From NCBI GenBank assembly GCA_951406725.2, contig OX597826.1, forward strand, positions 60,574,001 through 60,638,000: DNA of 64,000 nucleotides, in the 5' to 3' direction. Made by a program: the position numbers and the translations under genes. This DNA comes from Octopus vulgaris. Taxonomy: Eukaryota. A model generated the notes under the pieces. The model did no database searches, was not told the origin of the DNA, and saw nothing but the letters and a program-made list of their open reading frames with translations. Shown here in pieces: positions 56,540 to 64,000 of this stretch; the first letter of the stretch is position 1; the number at the start of each line of letters is the position of its first letter.

Positions 56540-56730
56540 TGTCCCTTGCCAAAGGCCAGCATGAAGCCTCATTCCCCACTGAAGTAGGCTGCCACGGCTT
56601 TCCATCTTCATCAGTGCACCACTTCCTGCAGAAGATAGGTCTGCAAACTCAGACAAGTGAAGAAAGCCACCAAGGAAGTAGGCACAGCAGCTGAAATTAG
56701 CTTGAGATGGCTACAGTTGACTACAAACGG
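56540..56730 (+). pseudogene. Hero-like non-LTR retrotransposon C-terminal (restriction-like endonuclease) remnant
   Basis: IPTEVGCHGFPSSSV (PxEVGCRGF) and KATKEVGTAAEISLRWL (AAExxSxWLW). Confidence 0.6.
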
Positions 56731-57343
56731 GACCCTTCTGCAACTGAAGACCAGTTCAGTCTTCCCTGTCCACGCTCAGCTGAGGCGTATTCGGCTAAGG
56801 AGAGAAACGTTTGTGAACCTGGGATACCTGTTGGGGGCAGAATATTCCTGGTGTTTATTTCACTCATTCATTTCACCCATTCAGGATATAAAGAACAAAT
56901 TGTAGTGTTAAGGGGCAGTTACGAAAAATCAGTCGTTTCTTTTACGGTTGAAGCGCTCCACATCAACTTCCAAACAAAAATGTAAGCATCCATACATATG
57001 TGATTCAAGTGGCTGATTGCCAGCCTTAAAATAAACCATGTGATAACGCGTTGGATGAAAAGTAGTAATTCGTTACAACTATGAAACTATGGCATTTAAA
57101 CTGACAACAAAGGAGACTTGCTGAAATAGGGGGAACCCGCCATTTTCTAATAATGATATTATTGCACCAACCTAAACAAATAGAAAAAAGAAACACACAC
57201 ACACGCTCACCAACACCACCACCACATATACATACATACATACACAAATGCATACATACATATATACATACGCAACTCTGTATACATATCCATATCTTTA
57301 TCTATCTTATCTATATCTATGTCTATTTATCTATATATGTATA

Positions 57344-57407
<64 letters not shown>

Positions 57408-57949
57408 TGTGCGTGTATCTGTCTGTCTGTGTCTGCGTGCGGTTGTATCTATAAATGCGTATACTCACACATACATTTAAGTATAAGCATATATATATAT
57501 TTATATGTATATGCATGTATATATATATACACATACATACATACACATAATATTCGTACATATGATGCTACATCCGGTGTACCAGTACAATGGCAAAACC
57601 TGATTGTTAAGACTCTGCAATATGTGTTTTGATAAACTTTGAGATTTTACATGTTTTCATTTCGATGTCATAACGTAAAAATAGCCGTCAAATTAAGGAA
57701 ATGTTTATCTGTCTGTGCATATGTCTGTCAGTGTTTATACATATATGTATGCAAATATGCGCTTACTCGCGAGAAAGGGAGAGATGAGAGAGGGAGAGGT
57801 GGGGCGGAGGTTGTAAATGACGTTTACTTATTTCTTACTTCATTTGTTCGCCACACAGTATTCTGCTCATCAGAACAGTATTCTGCTCATCAGAAAGCAT
57901 ATGCCAGTTGGTGGAAACATGTGTCGTGTAAACGCTTGTTCGATATTCT

Positions 57950-58172
57950 TTCGTTCTTTTATTCTTTTATTTGTTTCAGTCATTTGATAGCCGCCATGAT
58001 GGAGCACCACCTTGAAGTTTTTTGTTTTTTTCAATCCGAGAGATTGACATCAGGACTTATTCTTTGTAATACAAGTACTTATTTCATCAGTTTCTTATGC
58101 CGAACCGCAAAGTTACGGGGTTAGCAATACACCAGCATTGGTTGTCAAGTGATGTTGGGTGGGACAAGCACA
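57950..58172 (-). mobile_element. Family B SINE 3' module
   Basis: Reverse complement of the 3' module. Confidence 0.8.
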
Positions 58173-58186
58173 GACAGCACATACAT

Positions 58187-58224
<38 letters not shown>

Positions 58225-58225
<1 letters not shown>

Positions 58226-58402
58226 CAGTTAGCTCCTACACGCATTTTTTTCTCTCCTTGTTTCTCTCCTTGTTTTTTTCTGTGTATCTTTCCGTCGAAG
58301 AGCGTAGGCTCGAAACATAAACGACTTTTTCTATTTCTATTCCTGAGCGCTATACTAATACAATTGTTTGTTTGTACTCCACCTGTCTTCGTCTTTTGTT
58401 TA
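58225..58402 (+). mobile_element. Penelope-like terminal-repeat fragment with a decayed hammerhead-like motif (58287-58324)
   Basis: ucuuu CCGUCGA a gagc guag gcuc GAAAC aua aacga. Shares ttcctgagcg...taa(t/c)ac with 59420-59615. Confidence 0.55.
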
Positions 58403-58420
58403 TTTTCTTAAACCTTCCCG

Positions 58421-58466
<46 letters not shown>

Positions 58467-58508
58467 AGAGAGAGAGAGAGAGAGAGAGAGAAGGAGAGAC
58501 AGAGAGAG

Positions 58509-59219
58509 AGAGTAGTGGTAGAACAGGGTACCGATATTTACTGGAAATAGCAGTTCATACATTTACGACACTATAGTAATGCTTCACTGAGAATATACTG
58601 GCAAAGACGTGTGAGTGCAGCAAACATGAAATATTTTCTTTTACCTCTAGGAAGAACATTAGATGAAAGGACAACCCAGAATCGGATAATCCAGTACCTA
58701 GGTTTCGGACTCTTCAAATACGGTTGTAAACCTAAAATTGATCATTCTTCAAATGTTACTACGTCAATGGCAGTATACTCACCTGAATGCTTAGCCGTTA
58801 ACATACCGAGAAAACTGCTTTATTTTACTGGAAAGTAATACATTTGTATTGCCATATTTTATATCTCATTGAAAACTTTTTCAATGTTCTCGCTCTGTTA
58901 ACGGCTACATGTTCAGGCGAGTATACTGGTGTAGATGTAGCAACATTTTAAATATTGTACAGGTAATTCCAGCAGATGGAAACCAATCAAATTTACGTTA
59001 ACAAACGTATTTGAAGAGTCCAAAACCTAGATACTAGATAATCCGATTCTGGGTTGTCCATCTACCTAATTTTTTTCCCAGAGGTAAGGCAAAATTCTTC
59101 ATGTTTGCTGCGCTGATACGTCTTTGCCAGTATATACGCAGTGACGCTTTACTATATCGTCGTAAATGTATTGACTGCTATTTCCAGTAAATATCGGTGC
59201 CTTGTTGTACCACTACTCT
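58509..59219. repeat. Large fold-back: ~300-bp diverged inverted arms (58509-58812 / 58887-59219)
   Basis: e.g. ggacaacccagaatcggat / atccgattctgggttgtcc, and accgatatttactggaaatagcagt / actgctatttccagtaaatatcggt. Confidence 0.9.
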
Positions 59220-59419
59220 ATATTTATACTTCTACCTTTAGAGTGCTTTATTTTACTGGAAGGTAATACATTTGTAATGCAATATAATATATATGACGGG
59301 CTTCTTTCATTTCTGTCTAGCCCTAACTGCCACGCAGTGAGACTGAACCACGAACCATGTCGCTGGGAAACAAGCTTGTTACCACAGAGCCCCACACATG
59401 CACAGACACATACACACGA

Positions 59420-59615
59420 CCGCGTGTGTATCGTTAGCGATTTTCTTTCTCCGTCTTCCCTTCCTTGGACCTTTCCTTTTTCAATATTTCTGACGAAGAG
59501 CTCCACTCAAATCGTTAAATCCTCCTTCTTTCTTTCTTTTCCTGAGCGTCCAGTAACACTATGCCTTTTCCATGTCATCGCGTTATGTGTTCTCTTTGTT
59601 CATGACTGTATTAAC
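59420..59615 (+). mobile_element. Penelope-like terminal-repeat fragment with a decayed hammerhead-like motif (59486-59520)
   Basis: auuu CUGACGA a gag cucca cuc AAAUC guu aaau. Stem I and the first core strand are intact; GAAAC is mutated. Confidence 0.55.
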
Positions 59616-59616
59616 T

Positions 59617-59685
<69 letters not shown>

Positions 59686-59689
<4 letters not shown>

Positions 59690-59790
59690 CAGCAAAAATA
59701 CTACAAAAATTGTTACTCAGAGTTTTACGTTCCCGTTCGCCGAACCGTGAAACCCTGAGTAACAATTTTCGTCATTATTTGCTGCTTTTT
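59686..59790. repeat. Imperfect palindrome with ~45-bp arms built from hammerhead-like halves
   Basis: aaagcagcaaaa...aaaattgttactcagagttttacg / cgtgaaaccctgagtaacaatttt...ttttgctgcttt. Confidence 0.8.
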
Positions 59791-59863
59791 AAGTATATTA
59801 TCATACCACTGGTATTCGAGTACTACTTTTTCCACCTTGTTTCGTAGTTATGTGCTTACTCTC

Positions 59864-59947
<84 letters not shown>

Positions 59948-60133
59948 TTGTGTGATGTGTGTTTGTGTGTGTGTGTGTCTTTCAATGTGTACAACTGCAA
60001 ACATTGTATATTAAACATAGCGCATTATTCAATTATTTTTTGTTTTATATATGACGGCGTGTTTAAAGTGAGTAAACAGTGAGATCATTGCATAAATTTT
60101 CAGGTTATTTCAGACTTAAATAACCACACATGT

Positions 60134-60408
60134 AAGCCTTGTGAGTGGATTTGGTAGACGAAACTGAAAGAAGCCTGTCGTATATATGTATATATATGTA
60201 TGTGTATGTGTTTGTCCCTCTAGCATTGCTTGACAACCGATGCTGGTGTGTTTATGTCCCCGTCACTTAGCGGTTCGGCAAAAGAGACCGATAGAATAAG
60301 TACTGGGCTTACAAAGAATAAGTCCCGGGGTCGAGTTGCTCGACTAAAGGCGGTGCTCCAGCATGGCCGCAGTCAAAATGACTGAAACAAGTAGAAGAGT
60401 AAAAGAGA
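60134..60408 (+). mobile_element. Family B SINE, 5'-truncated
   Basis: Clean match to the family B body and 3' module. Confidence 0.9.
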
Positions 60409-60768
60409 TATTCTGCAATGTATATTCCTGTTTTACAAGAGGAAGTGTTTGATGTTAGAGAGATTTACCTTCTATGCTTAGCAGGACGATGCGCAGTGTC
60501 TTCAATCTACACGTCATGGGTAGCGTACGCCTATATATATGTTCTCATGCTTAGATATACATAGAAATTTAATATAATATTAAATTTGTGGATTACACAA
60601 TGGTTTTTAATATAGTATGTATTTATTAACTTTTACTCGGACGTTATTGGCAGTGAGTTTAAAATGGAGAGTCTGATGAAAGCAAGCAAGCAAGCCGAAA
60701 CATACACTACCACTTACGAACGCGTGCACCACACACATGTATAAACAAACGGTTTGCCTCTGCGCGTG

Positions 60769-60860
<92 letters not shown>

Positions 60861-60974
60861 TTAATATTTCGCTTACGCATAGTGATACTAATAACCTGTA
60901 GTTAGAAATCAATATTCATATGTTTCAGAAGAAAGCGAGGTTAGATTTCAGTAATAATAATAATAATAATAATG

Positions 60975-61026
<52 letters not shown>

Positions 61027-61059
61027 TAATAATAATAATAATAATAATAATGATAATAG

Positions 61060-61268
61060 TCCTTTCTATTATAGGCACAAGTGCTGAAATCCTGTGTAGG
61101 AGGGGATTAGTTCATTACATCTACCCAGTGTTTCACTTGTGCTTAATTTATCGACCCCGCAAGGATGAAAGACAACGTCTACCTCGGCAGAATTTGAACT
61201 CAGAACGTAGCGAAATACCGCTACACATACCATCCAGTGCACTGACGTATCTACCAAGACACCGCCTT
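61060..61268 (-). mobile_element. Degenerate family A SINE variant
   Basis: ttatcgaccccgcaaggatgaaag...ctcggcagaatttgaactcagaacgtagcg. Confidence 0.75.
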
Positions 61269-61298
61269 ACTACTACTACAACTACTACTACTACTACT

Positions 61299-61330
<32 letters not shown>

Positions 61331-61331
<1 letters not shown>

Positions 61332-61822
61332 CATGTACATTGTTTTGTCTTGGTATAAAAGATGGGCTACAGCAAATATTCTGCTCAATACCACAGATTT
61401 GCTTGTCAGTTGTTTGACCTTAACCAGTTGAGCATGTCCCTTAGTGGCTGACGATATGTGCATCTCTGATCACGAGCAGAAGTAGTGGGGGAGCATCATA
61501 GCCATGTGTTGAGAGGGATTCTTTGGGGTTTGAATAATTCACCTCTGGAAACATGGGTGGTTCTTTCAATATCCTTAAACAACCCTTATTCAGGGACCTT
61601 TTGAGCGGGATGGGCTACTCAACCTGAAGAAAATTCTAACTGGGCCCCACCTGCAAGGTCATGTGCTGTTTATCTTGATATGAGATCACCAGGTCGCGCA
61701 CATATGGTTGTGATGCATGTGCCTGGTGTACCCTTATCAGACGGGTAGTCATGATGGGTATATTGGGCTTCGTATATTTTATCCCAGTGTCACTTTGATG
61801 GCATGCACTGCTCTCTCACTCA
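61331..61822. mobile_element. ~490-bp GC-elevated insertion within an (AAT)n tract; unclassified interspersed element
   Basis: Sharp compositional boundaries with (AAT)n on both sides. No second copy in the window. Confidence 0.5.
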
Positions 61823-61840
61823 ATAATAATAATAATGATG

Positions 61841-61901
<61 letters not shown>

Positions 61902-62040
61902 GAAAAAGAAGAAGAAGAAGAAGAAAAAGAAGAAGAAAAATTGTGTGTGTCTATTCATGTTTGCGCATATATGTGTATGTATGTGTGTATATATAAATAT
62001 ATACTACATGTGTGTGTTTATCTGTGTATATGTATCTATG

Positions 62041-62103
<63 letters not shown>

Positions 62104-62316
62104 ATATATATATATATATATATATAAAGTTTATCTGTTAGCTTTCTTTCTATTTCTGTACACACTCGTTAACAATAAGCTGCCTTTCTTTCCTTTTGTT
62201 TTTCAAAAACCTGTTGATTGTCCATCAGGCTAGAATCCTTATTTTAGCAAATTTTACGACGCTCTATATTGCCTTGATTATTTCTTTCTCACTCTCTGAT
62301 TCCCTTTCTCTCTCTC

Positions 62317-62368
<52 letters not shown>

Positions 62369-62710
62369 CCTCATTTTCTTCTCGCTATCTCTCTGTCTGT
62401 CTCTCTATCTCACTTTCTCTCTCTCACTCTCGATTTTGGATTTTGTCCACTTCCTCTCCATTTCCAACATACATATTCTGTCTAGGAATTCATAATATGC
62501 TTATTTCTATATATCTACGTATAGAGATATTTATCTGAATATACATGTTCGGGAGGCAGAAGGAAAGCGTTTACCTTTCAATCTCTAAACTTCATTCTCT
62601 GCAAATATTTTTAATATTTTTACAATATTTTTTCAGGGAAATGTACTCCATATATACATATACATATACATACATACATACATACATACATACATACATA
62701 CATACATACA

Positions 62711-62775
<65 letters not shown>

Positions 62776-62776
62776 G

Positions 62777-63110
<334 letters not shown>

Positions 63111-63417
63111 GTATATGTATGTATATATGTATGTATGTATGTATGTATGCATGCATGTATGTATGTATGTATGTATGTATGTATGTATGTATGTATGTAT
63201 GTATACGCCTTTTACCTAAATGAAACTGTGCTTCATAAACCTCTGAGGAAGCTACTTCTTGATACCCAAACACTCAACTAAGAGTGTATTGCCTCTTATA
63301 GCGGAAACAACTGTAAATCAAGGAAGTTCATTATGTAATATCTTGTTCGCTTGATATAAAAATATATATATAATATATATATATACGTACATATATATAT
63401 ATATATATGTATATATG

Positions 63418-63481
<64 letters not shown>

Positions 63482-64000
63482 ATATATATATATATGTACA
63501 CATATATGTATGTATGTATATATGTGTGTGTGTATGCGGGCAGGTAATATACTTTTCAAATAACAGTAATCATACCTCAAATATTTCTCATTAACCATAT
63601 CTGTTCAATTACGACTCACCTGTGGCGAAACAACAATAACGACAACATTTGCACAAAATTTGTTTCTAAACTATATTTTTCTGTTATATTCTGGCTTTTT
63701 CTCTAATCATTTTCTAAATGTTGCTAGTCTTAATAGAGCTGATTACTTTAGGAATTAAGTTCCCAAAATAGAACGGTAAGTAACTAGATTGCAAATTCAC
63801 TTCAAAACTTGTTCGTCGGCTGCTGTTAAATCTCCTTGTTTGCGCCATATGTTTAAAAAATATTACACTTATCAATACAAATACTACCGAGTATCCAAAA
63901 TTGCTGTATATCTTGTAGCTCAATTATCTCTTTGGAGTACAATGCAGTGTGCACGTGTGTATACGTACATTCACGTATTTTATATATATATATACAAAAA

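Overview
AT-rich, microsatellite-saturated non-coding animal DNA. The SINE repertoire looks like that of a coleoid cephalopod (Octopus-like); this is inferred from recognising the repeats, not proven. I found no intact host gene. Nearly all listed ORFs are read-throughs of simple repeats. The window is a mosaic of at least five tRNA-headed SINE families (one forms TSD-flanked 184-bp multimers), CR1/L2-type, R4/Dong-type and Hero-type LINE remnants, Penelope RT and GIY-YIG remnants, Gypsy pol remnants, Tc1/mariner remnants, one complete non-autonomous Helitron and several fold-back elements. The standout is a young tandem array of a 493-bp unit at 36991-38124. Each full unit carries an apparently intact type I hammerhead ribozyme on the minus strand, and the array is circularly permuted with a twin-priming-like 5' inversion. 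This fits a retrozyme-like, circular-RNA-producing element. Several decayed hammerhead-like motifs occur in other repeats, including the tail of a tRNA-headed SINE. All alignments and folds were done by eye.
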